A stretch of 64,000 nt of DNA from Balneolaceae bacterium (lineage in GTDB: Bacteria > Bacteroidota > Rhodothermia > Balneolales > Balneolaceae). This document shows positions 53,072 through 64,000 of the stretch, piece by piece. Position 1 is the first letter of the stretch; each line of letters starts with the position of its first letter. The DNA is taken from contig JAXHMA010000010.1 of assembly GCA_034521835.1 (NCBI GenBank), positions 194,301-258,300 of the forward strand, given 5' to 3'. The position numbers and the translations under genes were made by a program. The notes below the pieces were generated by a model. It saw nothing but the letters and a program-made list of their open reading frames with translations, searched no databases and had not been told where the DNA came from.

Positions 53072-56000
53072 ATGGTCAAACATTACCTCGCAACTATAAT
53101 TTTTTGGGGCCTGATACTCATGATGGGGAGTTGTGCAGAAGTGCCTCGCATAGAGTTTATCTGGCAACAAGCTAATGACTACCGCTGGTCAGTGCTGGAT
53201 CCGGGAAGCGGTTCGGTAGGCTTCCAGGAAAAGTCTTCCTCCCAAACCGGTATCTCGTTTGCCAACAACCTAACGGAAGAGAACATCACCGAAAATCGGC
53301 ACTACCTGAATGGCTCCGGTGTGGCGCTGGCCGATGTGGATGGCGATGGGTGGACCGACATCTCTTTGGACAACTTAACGGTCCCAACAAGCTATATAAA
53401 AACCAGGGCGGTTTTGTCTTTGTGGATTTCACCGATTCAGCCGGTGTAGTGCATGAAGGCGTCTTTACCACCGGCGTCACCTTTGCTGATGTGGATGGCG
53501 ACGGCGATCCCGATCTGCTGGAGACCTCTATGACCCAGGATAATGTGCTCTACATCAACGATGGGAACGGACATTTTACGCCCAAACCTGACAGTGGAAT
53601 TGAGGAAAGCAAGGGTGCCCACACCATGGCCCTCGCCGATATCGACGGGGATGGCGATCTGGATCTGTATATCGCTAACTACAAGGAGCGCTCTGTGCTG
53701 GATCTCTTTGATGTTGGAGACTTGAGCTGGGAAAAAACAGTGAAAGAGGAGTTCGAAAAGGATGTGGATAAACAGTACACCCTCCTCCCGCCCTACGATG
53801 AACACTACGAAATTATTTACAAGGAACAGGGCATCCCCGAGCGGCGCGAGGCCGGCAAGCAGGATGAGCTGTATCTCAATAACGGTGACGGAACCTTTGA
53901 AAAAGTGACCGACCTGGATCAGCGCTTCCTGGATCCGAAGGGCGAATCCACAGGAACTGGATCGCGGCTTTGGGCTCACCGCCAAGTTCCACGATATCAA
54001 CCGCGATGGGCGGCCCGACCTTTATGTCTGCAACGATTACTGGACAAAGGATAAAGTCTGGATCAACCAGGGCGATGGGGTGTTCCGGGAGATTGATCCG
54101 TTGGCGATCCGCAATATGAGCTACTCCTCGATGGCGGTCGATTTTGCGGATGTGAATCGCGACGGGGCGTGGGATTTTTTCGTGACCGAGATGCTGAGCG
54201 AGCAGCACGAAGGGCAGCTCCGCCAATACACGCCCACCGATCCTTGGCCGCGCATTGCCGGCCGATTTGATGACCAGCCCCAGTACAATCGCAATTCCAT
54301 GTACATCAACCGGGGCGATAATACGTTTGTGGAAACGGCATTTTACAGTGGATTGGAGGCTTCAGGCTGGTCGTGGGCTTCGCGTTTTCTTGATGTGGAT
54401 CTGGACGGCTGGAGATCTGCTGGTGACATGTGCGTTATTCGTATGACGTGCAGGACCTGGACGCCAGGATGAGTGGCGCGAACGCCATGGCCCGCACGGC
54501 GCGCCGTGGCGATAATATCCATATTTTCCCCCACTGCAGCTCCCGAACAAGATTTTTAGCAATAACGGGAATATGACCTTCCGTGATACCAGCCAGGCCT
54601 GGGGATTTGCCGAGAGATGTCGCGCGCAGCCTGGCCGTGGCCGACCTGGACCATGACGGCGATCAAGACCTGGTCACCAACCGCCTGAACGATCAGGCCG
54701 GCATATTTGAAAATACCGGTTCCGCCCCGAGAATTGCCGTCCGTTTGGTGGGGCGTACTCCCAACACCGATGCCATAGGAGCACATATTGTACTCAAGGG
54801 CGGGCCCGGCACCAATCTCCAGCGTGATGAAATTGCTGCCGGAGGCGATTACCTGTCGCATTCAGCACCTCAAGTTACTTTTGCAGCTGATCCTGACAAT
54901 TCCAACCACACCATCGAGGTCACCTGGCCTAATGGACAAATCAAACGCATCGACAGCGTTCAGGCCAACCGGATTTACGAAATTCAACAGCCGGAAACTG
55001 CCGAAGAACCCATAGCGGAAACCTCTGAAACAGCGCCTTCAGAAACACTATTCCGGGATGTCTCCGACCGTATCAGTCACGAGCATCACGAAGCGCCCTA
55101 CGACGATTTCCGCATTCAGCCGCTGCTGCCCAAGAAGTTGAGCCAGCTGGGGCCCGGCATCTCCTGGATCGATTATGATGCCGACGGCGATGACGACCTT
55201 TTTATTACATCTGGCCGGGATGCCCAACTGGCAGCCTTTGAAAACAACGGCAGTGGTCAGTTCAGCAGCATTTCGCTGGGTCATCTCACCCGTACTACGC
55301 CCGGCGACCAGACCGCGCTGCTCGGCATTCCCCGAGAAGATGGAACCAGGCTGATACTTGGGAATACCAATTATGAACCCGGCGATATCAAAACCCCCTC
55401 CGCTTTTAATTACCTGTTCAGTGATGGCACATTGAACAAGGAGCAGGATCTGCCCGGTATCTTCTCCACCACAGGTCCGCTGGCTATGGCGGACTATGAT
55501 GCGGACGGGGATCTCGACCTGTTCATCGGCGGTAGATTTGTACCGGCCCATTATCCGATGAACGCAACTTCTCGTCTTTTTTTAAATGAAGACGGACAAT
55601 ATGTGCTCGATCAGCAAAACTCCCGAAAGTTCAATGAACTGGGGATGGTGACCGGGGCCCTGTTCTTTGATTACGAACAGGACGGCGGCCAGGATCTCTG
55701 CTCAGCCTGGAGTGGGGCTCACTGAAGCTCTACCGCAACCAGGGTGGCAACCTGCAGGATATTTCAGAAAGCGTGGGGCTGACGCAATACAGCGGCTGGT
55801 GGAACGGCGTGGCCACCGGAGACTTCGACGATGACGGCCGCCTCGATCTCATTGCTACCAACCGGGGCAAAAACAGTCCCTACCAGCTGGAGACCACCCA
55901 GCCGCTGAAGATGTATTATGAGGATTTTTGATCGGGACGGACGTGTAGATATCATTGAGTCATACTACAGCCCTGATCAGGGGGATATGTGCCACGGCGA

Positions 56001-56779
56001 CAAAATGCAGGCCTACCGTCTATTTCGACCGTTTTTGCCGGTGGCATCGGCGCTAATCAGGCGTTTGCCAATGCTACCATAAACGAACTGCTGAACCGGA
56101 ACCCGGAGCGCATCGCCTCAAAGGAGATTAACACGCTGGCTCATATGATATTCCTGAATGAAGGAGACGGGTTCTCGGGTCATCCACTTTCCTGCGGAAA
56201 TGCAGTTTTCGGGCGCCTTTTATGCCGGCGTGGCTGATTATGACAATGATGGCAATGAAGACCTTTTCCTCAGCCAGAATTTTTTTGATGTCCACCCCAA
56301 TACGCCGCGGCTAGATGGCGGACGCGGATTACTTCTACAGGGGTGATGGGGAAGGGCATTTTGAGCCGATTCCAGGCCAGAAAAGTGGCATCATCGCGTA
56401 TGGCGACCAGCGGGGGGCAGCCCTGAGTGATTTTAACGGGGACGGCAAGGTGGATTTTGCACTTTCCCAGAATGCGGCGGCCACCAAGCTGTTTCTAAAT
56501 CAAGTTGAAAAGCAGGGTTTTTCAGTGCAGTTACGGGGCCCGGCCAATGATTCCGCCGCCATTAGTTCCGGCATTCGCTTGGTGTATGCGGATGGCAGCG
56601 AAGGGCCACGCCGTGCTATCCAGGCCGGTGGCGGATACTGGTCGCAAAACAGTGCAACCCAGGTGATGGGATCTAATTCTGTTAAACCTGTTCAAAGCAT
56701 CCAAGTGACTTGGTCTGACGGTTCTACGCAGGAAGTGCCGATTACAGAAAATCAGAACATCTATCAAATTGATTATTAA
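53072..56779 (+). CDS. Large FG-GAP/VCBS-repeat protein with ASPIC/UnbV domains (CRTAC1-like), frameshifted
   Basis: Many DxDGDGDxDL repeats; AIGA..V...GG.YLS.....FG-like and V.W..G UnbV segments twice; possible lipobox MGSC. Confidence 0.85.
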
Positions 56780-56825
56780 CAAAAAAAGTATCGGCTTGTA
56801 AATATTTAATTCATGAATTTAAATT

Positions 56826-56902
56826 CACATCTGTCCAAAACGTTAAAAAGTATTCAATGAATGCCCCGAAGCCGGGGCTTTTTTTATTTTAGGACACTAC
56901 TG
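56826..56902. mobile_element. Putative 77-bp IS4-derived MITE containing a terminator hairpin
   Basis: Ends cacatctgtccaaaacgtt and ttttaggacactactg resemble the IS4 IRs; internal gccccg-aagc-cggggc followed by T tract. Confidence 0.5.
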
Positions 56903-57085
56903 TCCGAACAAAAAATAGCTCATGGCATGATAATTGTTAGATTGGGATCTGCTAACAATCTCAACTCCAACAACATCACCACCATGAGCCCCACCAAGAT
57001 CGCAAAAAAATCCGATAACCCCTTACTTGGTCAAATTTTAGAATTGATACCCTCCACACTTCTGACTGAAAGCACCCTGCACTGA
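56895..57085 (+). pseudogene. Left end and truncated 5' part of a second IS4/DUF4372 element
   Basis: cactactgtccgaac IR-like end; MSPTKIAKKSDNPLLGQILELIP resembles a DUF4372 N-terminus. Confidence 0.5.
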
Positions 57086-57326
57086 AAGTGCAGGGGTTCG
57101 GGTTAGGACTGAAAGTCCTTCTCTTTCAAAAAAATCTGATAACTATTATCCTTGCGTGCTTTTCCCATTACCACGTCTTCTTGCTTACCAGATAGCTCAT
57201 ACCTATAGCAGTAACTTTGGGGAATCCTTTTGTTTTCTCCTAAGAAAACAATGTATCACGCTTTTTATACGTATCTCGCTATAGATTTTTCGAAATACTA
57301 AAAGTTCTGCACTGAAAGTGCAGGGT
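57074..57326. repeat. REP-like hairpins sharing an ACTGAAAGT core
   Basis: ccctgcact-gaa-agtgcaggg (57075-95), aggact-gaa-agtcct (~57105-19), ctgcact-gaa-agtgcag (57307-23). Confidence 0.6.
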
Positions 57327-57341
57327 TTTAAACCCCGTTCT

Positions 57342-57613
57342 GGGACCAATAAAGCCCGGTTTATCATGAGCGCAATCTGCTGGAACATCGAGCGGAGCAT
57401 TAGCTGGGTGAAATCCGACTCGCCCCTGCTCCCCGCAGCGCCCACCTAATGGGTGGGGGGTATGTCCGGGAGCGGCCAAGACGGCCGCTGAGGCCGATTA
57501 TTTCGGCCTCAAATCAAAGATAAAGGTACATGTATGAATCATTTAACCCGTTTTTACCTTTTTGAATCCGAAAAATTAATCACGGTCCCAAGCGGTGGGT
57601 AATTCAAAGTCCC
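57342..57613 (+). pseudogene. Possible 3' remnant of an IS5-family element
   Basis: NKARFIMSAICWNIERS resembles an IS5 transposase C-terminus; GC-rich hairpins; ends ttcaaagtccc. Confidence 0.35.
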
Positions 57614-57863
57614 CACTCATATTTATCACCTTTTATGATGTTAAGTTGATATTTATTATCGTTTCATTTCACATTGAATTATTACAAAAACATATCTTGC
57701 ATCGCGGCACATCTTCATATTTTAAATAGGTTCAAGATCTTAACTTCTCCCCAAGACTAAGAAATACTTAGTTTCAGTTTTACGATGCTTTAGCAACGTA
57801 TCCACCCGACCAACTACATCTTTCATCCGGGATGCATGTAGGGTAGCTTACCAATAAAAAGCT

Positions 57864-58154
57864 ATGAACAAAACCGAAAAAATGTTTGCCTTGGTCACCG
57901 AATGGAAAAACAGCGGCCAGACTCAAAAAGTATTTTGCACCCACCACAATCTTACCCTGGGTACCTTCGCCTACTGGATTCGCAAGAAAAAACAATCCGA
58001 GGAGCCTTCCGGTGGGTTTTGGGCTGTGGAGGCTGGCGGTGATGCTGGCCGGCAGGTAACCATCAGGTATCCCAACGGCGTCACGCTGACGACGGACAAT
58101 GCGGACTTGAATCTTATTAGCCGACTCATCCGGCTCTGGCAATGTTTAGTCTGA
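57864..58154 (+). CDS. IS66 TnpA
   Basis: W..SGQTQ..FC.....TF.YW HTH. Confidence 0.88.
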   Translation: MNKTEKMFALVTEWKNSGQTQKVFCTHHNLTLGTFAYWIRKKKQSEEPSGGFWAVEAGGDAGRQVTIRYPNGVTLTTDNADLNLISRLIRLWQCLV

Positions 58155-58483
58155 GCTCTACGCATCGGTACTGGCTATACCGCGGGGTCTGCGACATGCG
58201 CAAGAGTTTTGACGGGCTGAGTGGGCTGGTGCGGGACCAGCTCGGCCGGGATCCGGCCAGCGGGGATGTGTTTGTTTTTTTGAACCGCCGCCGGACCCAC
58301 CTTAAACTGCTGCATTGGGAGACGGGCGGATTTGTGCTGTATTACAAACGCCTGGAAGAAGGCACCTTTACCCCGCCGGAAGTCGTGCCCGGTCGGCCGG
58401 TGGTTCGCTGGCCACAGCTGGTGTTGATGGTCGAAGGGATCCAGGTGCAGCGTTCGGTCCAAAAGCGGCGCTACCAGCGGTAA
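58142..58483 (+). CDS. IS66 TnpB accessory protein
   Basis: DMRKSFDGL, DP.SGDVFVF.NRRR..LKLL.WE.GGF.L..KRLE.G.F. Confidence 0.95.
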   Translation: MFSLSSTHRYWLYRGVCDMRKSFDGLSGLVRDQLGRDPASGDVFVFLNRRRTHLKLLHWETGGFVLYYKRLEEGTFTPPEVVPGRPVVRWPQLVLMVEGIQVQRSVQKRRYQR

Positions 58484-58555
58484 AAAAAGGTGTTTTTTTA
58501 ATCTAAAAAATGCCCTTCCTATAGGTTTAAAATGGGGTTTTGTGTATATTTATGG

Positions 58556-60079
58556 ATGAATTCTGCACTGGAAAATCTCTCAAAAACTCAGCTTATCGGA
58601 CTGCTTACCGCCGAACGGCAGGCCGTTGAGCAGAACCTGCAAGCGAATTACAACGCGCCTGGCCCAAAAAGAGCAGAACGAGCGGTGGCTCAACCAGCAG
58701 ATTGCCCAGCTCAAACGGATGCTCTTCGGGCAAAAGCGGGAGCGGTTTGAGGCGCCCGGGCAGACGGCCCTGCCGTTTGAGGCGCCCCCCGCCCAGCAGG
58801 CCCAACAGCAGCAGGCGCTGACCGAGAAGATCACCTATACCCGCCAAACCCAGTCCCGTACCGATCACAAGGGCCGGTTGCCCCTGCCGGATCACCTGCC
58901 GGTCGAGGAAGTGGAGATCTATCCGGAAGGGGATCTGTCGGGGATGGTTTGTATTGGCCGGGAGGTGACCGACCAGCTGGAACTGGCCCCCGCCCGGTTT
59001 TACATCAAACGATACATCCGCTACAAATACGCTCCGAGAGCAGGTGAGACGGGGAAATACATGATCGGGGAGCTCCCCGAACGAGTGATCGACAAAGGCA
59101 TTCCCGGCCCGGGGCTGCTGGCCACCATCCTGACCGACAAATACGTCGACCACCTGCCGGCCTGCAGGCAACGCCAACGCTTCAGCCGCGAGGGGATCCC
59201 GATTGCCACCTCCACCCTCGACGGGTGGGCCGAGCGCCTGGAAATTCTCTGGGAGCACCTGCTTTCCGACACCCGCGCCCAGGGATACCTGCAGGCCGAC
59301 GAGACGCCTATCAAGGTGCTGGATTCGGCCCAAAAAGGGGCCTGCCACCAGGGCTACTACTGGGTCTATCACAGCCCGATCGACCGGACGGTGCTGTCGA
59401 CTACCAGCCCACCCGCGGGGCACCGGCCACCAAGCGAATGCTGGATGGATTTACCGGATACCTGCAAACCGACGGCTACGGGGTCTACGAGAAAATCGGC
59501 GGGCGCCCCGAGGTAGTACACCTGGCCTGTTGGGCCCACACCCGCCGGGCCTTCGAGGGCGCATTGGATAATGACCGGGGCCGGGCAGAAATGGCGTTGT
59601 CCTGGATCCAGGGGCTCTACGCGGTCGAGCGTCAGGCCCGCCAGGACGGGCTGACCCCGGACCAGCGCAAAGCCCTGCGGCTGGAAAAATCGTTGCCCAT
59701 TATTAACAAGATGGGCAAATGGATCTCCGGGGAGCTCAAACATGTGCTGCCCAAAAGCCAAATAGGGAAGGCCATAGCCTACAGCCTAGCCCGCTGGGAC
59801 GGGCTCAGCGGTTATCTGTATGATGGGCTACTGGAGATTGACAACAACCTGGTGGAAAATGCCATCCGCCCGGTGGCATTGGGTCGAAAGAACTACCTGT
59901 TTGCCGGCTCACACGCTGGCGCCCGGCGGGCGGCGATGATCTACTCCCTGCTGGGAACCTGTAAGATGCATGGGGTGAATCCACACCAGTGGCTCAGCCA
60001 CACCCTTCAGCACATTCTGAGCACCAAATACAACGACATCCGATCCCTATATCCTCAAAATTTTAAATCTAACACGTAG
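58556..60079 (+). CDS. IS66 transposase TnpC, frameshifted
   Basis: LFGQKRE, KY.DHLP..RQ, ADETP, LQTDGY..Y, CWAH.RR.F, IDNN..EN.IRP..LGRKN.LF.GS. Confidence 0.93.
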
Positions 60080-60168
60080 TTGGTCGGGTGGATACTTAGC
60101 AACGAACACTTTTAAAATTTACAGTTATTATCAGGAAAACTTTCCGATTATAACTCTTCCAGAACCAG

Positions 60169-61569
60169 TTAGTAGGGAATTGTGTTTTCATGAGTACGTT
60201 TCACAACTTCGTTCTCGCGTTTGATTAGTTTATTTTTCGAAGTGTTGGATTCTTGAACCAGGTCAAACGCGTCATAAAGTTCACCCGTTACCGTATACGC
60301 CCTGTATTTTAATGTATCATCCCTTATATGCACCACTTGATACAGCTGTGTATTTTCTCCGGAGCGTTCCATAATTGCACCATAAGATTCCCATCCCTCC
60401 TCTTTTATTTCGTACATTTTGGCACCGCTGACTGAGTTCACATATACTGTTCCTGAAGAGGGATCCCTTGTGTTCAGTCCACTTTTTACATTTTTTGCTC
60501 TTCCACGTGCATAGGTATGATCATGGCCCTGCAAAACCATATCAACATGATATTTGTCATAAATCGGCTTCCAAGTTTCACGGGTATACTTCCGATCTCG
60601 ACCTTTTCCAGATGAAAATATTGGATGATGATGAGTAACAATGGTAAATCGATTAGGATTATATCTTTAAGTACATTCTCTAGCCATTTTGCCTGTTTGT
60701 CAATCTGTTCGTTTGAATTTAATCCGATAATACGTACACCCTGATAGTCAATGTAATATGTTGTTTCTTCGAGACCATCAGGTCCATTCAGTGGAAATTC
60801 AAACTGTGGTCGCCATTGTATAGATAGTTCTTCAATGTCCTGTTCATCTAATTCCTCTGTATATCCTTCATATTCGTGATTTCCAGGTATTGCTATACTT
60901 GGAAGCATGCTATGTATCCATCCCAGCACGATTCCAGCGTGCCCACTCCACATTACGATGTGCACGATTAACTAGATCACCCGCATGAATTATAAAACGT
61001 GCATCGGGCTCTTTTGAGTATGCGCCTCGTATTGCCCTGGAACCATGGGAAAGAATACCATTCTGTAAATCTCCCAAATAGATAAAGCTGAACGGTTCAG
61101 GATCCTTACTGGCCGTACGGACATGAAACCACTCACTCCAATGCCCTTCCTGTCCCACACGATAGGCATATATAGTGTCCGATTTCAGATCACTAAAAGT
61201 AACTGAATGATAGTTGGCCTCAACCTGTTCCCCTTCTACTTCTTTGGGTTCCATCTTCGTAACATCTGAAGTAAGTGTTTCAGCCTTAGCATGGAAATTT
61301 GGGGCTGGTGTTGCAATCCCTACAAGTGCCTTACCTTCGGTAATCGAAGTACTCGTCCTCCAAGTAACGCTCAACGACGTAGCGGGATCATCCTTCCAAG
61401 TAGCAACAATACGATCCGGATATTCAGTAGGAATGGTGCCAAGTTCACCTTCATGAATGTGCTCATGCTGATGTCTTGTATGTTGATCCTCTTCTAATAT
61501 ATCATATCCCTGAAAGCAGACTATTATGGTCAAAACAAATGCTAAGGTATAAGCTTTAAATTTCTCCAT
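60169..61569 (-). CDS. Purple acid phosphatase-like metallophosphoesterase with FN3-type N-terminal domain, frameshifted
   Basis: VTWRT, YRVG, GDLQ, HAGDLV, GNHE, QGHDHTY.R. Confidence 0.88.
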
Positions 61570-61629
61570 CTTACTAAATATTGCAGTTTGTTGTTATTAA
61601 ACGATAAACATCATACTTCATATGAATTG

Positions 61630-62927
61630 TTATAATCCAAATATGTTTGGTAACCAGAGGCTCAGTTGCGGGAAGTAAGTGACCAAGAATAAAGCCACTA
61701 TCATTGCGATAAATAAAGGTAAAAGCGGTTTTATCACTTTCACAATACTTGTTTTGGCTACTCCTACACCCACAAATAAGATAGATCCTACCGGTGGAGT
61801 GCACAGACCGATACAGAGGTTCAAAATCATAATAATACCAAAGTGCGTGGGATCCATCCCCATTTCAGTAACGATCAGGTAAAAAGATAGGGGTGAAAAT
61901 TAATATCGCAGGGGTCATGTCCATGAACGTACGCACAAAGAGTAGAATGAAGTTGATCATTAAAAGGATAACAATGGGATTGTTGCTTAACCCAAGCAGC
62001 GCAGCGCTAATAGATTGAGGAATATGTTGATATAGACAATATCCATGACATCGCAATCGATGTTCCGATCAAAAGCATTACAATTGCTGTAGTTTTGACC
62101 GATTCAAGAAAAAGTTCAGAAAGTTTTTTTACCGAAAGTTCATTGTAGTAGTAACCGAGGATAATGGTATACAACACGGCCACAGCCGCAGCTTAGTTGC
62201 GGTAAAAATCCCTGCCACAATCCCCCAATTACAACTATAAGCAATAATAGAGAGGGAATAGCATCTAAAAAACTTCGGAAAAGTTCTTTAAAAGTTGTTC
62301 GATCTTCCCGTCGGATAGTCTTTCCGTATGGCCCATATTGCTGCTACGATCATAAGCAAGAGTCCAGTCAAAATACCGGGAATATATCCTGCGACAAAAA
62401 GTGCCGCAATAGACACTCCACCACTGGCTAATGAATAAATAATCAATACGTTGGAAGGTGGAATTAGCAGTCCCGTGGTCGAAGAGTAATGTTAACCGCG
62501 GCTGCAAAATCTTTCGAATAGCCCTCCTCCTCCATACGAGGACCTCGTACACTTCCCACGGCCGTTACTGCCAGCTACTACAGAACCCGCGACAGCACCA
62601 AATGGCATGGCGGCTACAACATTGACGTGGGCAAGTCCCCCCGGCAGCGAGGCCACGTCAGGTTTTTTGCCAATGCAGATAAGTGCTCGAAGCTATTCCT
62701 CCTCTGTTCATAATTTGTCCGGCGAGAATAAAAAATGGGATGGCCAGCAGCGTAAAGCTATCCAGGCTCGTGCCAATTCGTTGTGCCATTGTCGTAAAGG
62801 CTGGAACAGAATCAATACTTATTAACATGGTCACAGAGTGGATGCTCGCAATACTCCAACTATAGGAACTCCAATTGCCAACAAGATTAAAAAGCTGATT
62901 ACTAGTACTAATATATAAGAGCGCCAT
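61630..62927 (-). CDS. TRAP transporter large permease DctM, heavily frameshifted
   Basis: SFTLLAIPFFILAGQIM..GG, LLIPPS, FMDMTPAILIFTPIFLP, DPTHFGII..LNL.IGL.TPPVG. Confidence 0.85.
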
Positions 62928-62928
62928 G

Positions 62929-63426
62929 TTATACCCTTTTTCTTGTTCATTTCTGCAGTTGGATTCTACCAGCTCATCCAGTTTAAATAGATCCAAAATT
63001 TTATAATAACATATCAATACACCACTAATTGGGATGACTAGATAAACGTATGCTAGCTGTATTTGAAGGGCAGCTGAAGTTTGTCCCAACGTGTAGGTGA
63101 TATATACAAGTTGGCTTCCTCCGATGATCAAAGCTGTGACAGCAAATGCAATTATTATGAGATTGATGAAGATAGTAAGTGTACGTTTGTTTTGGCCTGT
63201 TAACCGGTTGGAAGAATGTCGATGGCAATATGCATATTTTCTCCTGAGATATAAGCAGCCCCCAACAGTCCTATCCGGATAAGTGAAACCGGGCTAATTC
63301 CTGCGTAATAGTACTCGCTGCACCAAGGGTGTATCTGGTAAAGACTTGCCAAAGTACAGCGATAAGCATAATTGCCATTAGTAACAGCAAAAATGATCCA
63401 ACAAATTTATTGACTTTTTCTCTCAT
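62929..63426 (-). CDS. TRAP transporter small permease DctQ, frameshifted; ends approximate
   Basis: VLWQVFTRY, HIAID, QTSAALQI...YVYLVIPISG. Confidence 0.75.
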
Positions 63427-63438
63427 CACAGACCTCCA

Positions 63439-64000
63439 TTAGTCAAGGGATGTACATTCCTTTATTTTTGAACAAGCTCATAAAGTTGCGGATCGTTTTC
63501 TTTCAAGTTGTTCATAAGATTGGTTCAGTGAGTTCTCTAAAAGGTTCTTGTCGGGCCGATTGACTTCTACGCCGGCAGCTTTAACCTTCTCGAGTGCTTC
63601 CTCCTCAGCTTCACGCCACAAATTTCGCTGATAAACGGCTGAGGAGTCGGCTGCCTCCTGTACCCATTTCTGCTGTTGCTCTGTCAAGCTATCCATGTTT
63701 TCGTTCCGATTACTGAGGCATCTCGGATGGCAGTATGTTCATGGAGACTATAATGATTACATACTTCGAAGTGTCGAGAGGTATGGAGAGAGGAGGTTTT
63801 TTCTGCCCCATCTACGATTCCTTGCTGCAGAGCCGAGTATAATTCCCCCATGATATCGGTGTTGGTGATCCGCCAACTTCATTACTATATTAATTGCTAA
63901 CTGACTTTCCATTACACGTATTTTCAATCCTTCTAAATCCTCGGGGTCTTCAATTGGTGTGGTTTTTGTATAGAAACTTCGTTTTCCAGCATCATAATAG
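63439..64000 (-). CDS. TRAP transporter substrate-binding protein DctP, 3' part (5' end outside window)
   Basis: YDAGKRSFY, PEDLEGLKIRVMES, ELYSALQQGIVDGAE, SLTEQQQKWVQEAA. Confidence 0.85.

Larger units (their letters stand above)
57798..60095 (+). mobile_element. IS66-family insertion sequence, 2298 bp
   Basis: Perfect 20-bp IRs gtatccacccgaccaactac / gtagttggtcgggtggatac; 8-bp TSD ttagcaac (57790-97, 60096-103). Confidence 0.97.

Noticed and set aside
53072-56779. Repeated gatggcgac/gacggcgat motifs as a CRISPR array or DGR repeats
   Set aside because: They encode DxDGDG calcium-binding FG-GAP repeats; no constant repeat-spacer period and no cas or reverse transcriptase gene in the window
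58142-58483. TnpB as an RNA-guided nuclease
   Set aside because: This is the 113-aa IS66 accessory TnpB, unrelated to IS200/605 RuvC TnpB

Overview
About 41 kb of core chromosome, probably from a Balneolota/Rhodothermota-like (FCB group) bacterium (inferred from gene content and a TAnnTTTG promoter). It carries recQ, ddl, nadK, mdh, aroQ, envC-like, ileS-dksA-lspA, ribBA, yajC and fadIJ. Next comes tRNA-Val(TAC) with a complete ~7 kb phage-satellite-like element bounded by a 93-bp att duplication, then a mosaic accessory arm (cstA, FAD oxidoreductase, IS4, FG-GAP/ASPIC protein, IS relics, IS66, phosphatase, TRAP transporter). Many genes, including essential ones, are split by indels, most likely uncorrected long-read errors. 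Three signals stand out. (1) An unannotated Cys-rich leader peptide (CLCCCYSC) with alternative RNA pairings sits ahead of a TonB receptor/APC permease operon, a candidate cysteine attenuator. (2) A perfect TCTTAGA-N5-TCTAAGA palindrome occurs twice, next to an intact and a decayed TolB-like regulator gene, each paired with a divergent exported-protein gene. (3) The satellite carries a set of uncharacterised late genes and an internal inverted copy of its end repeats.
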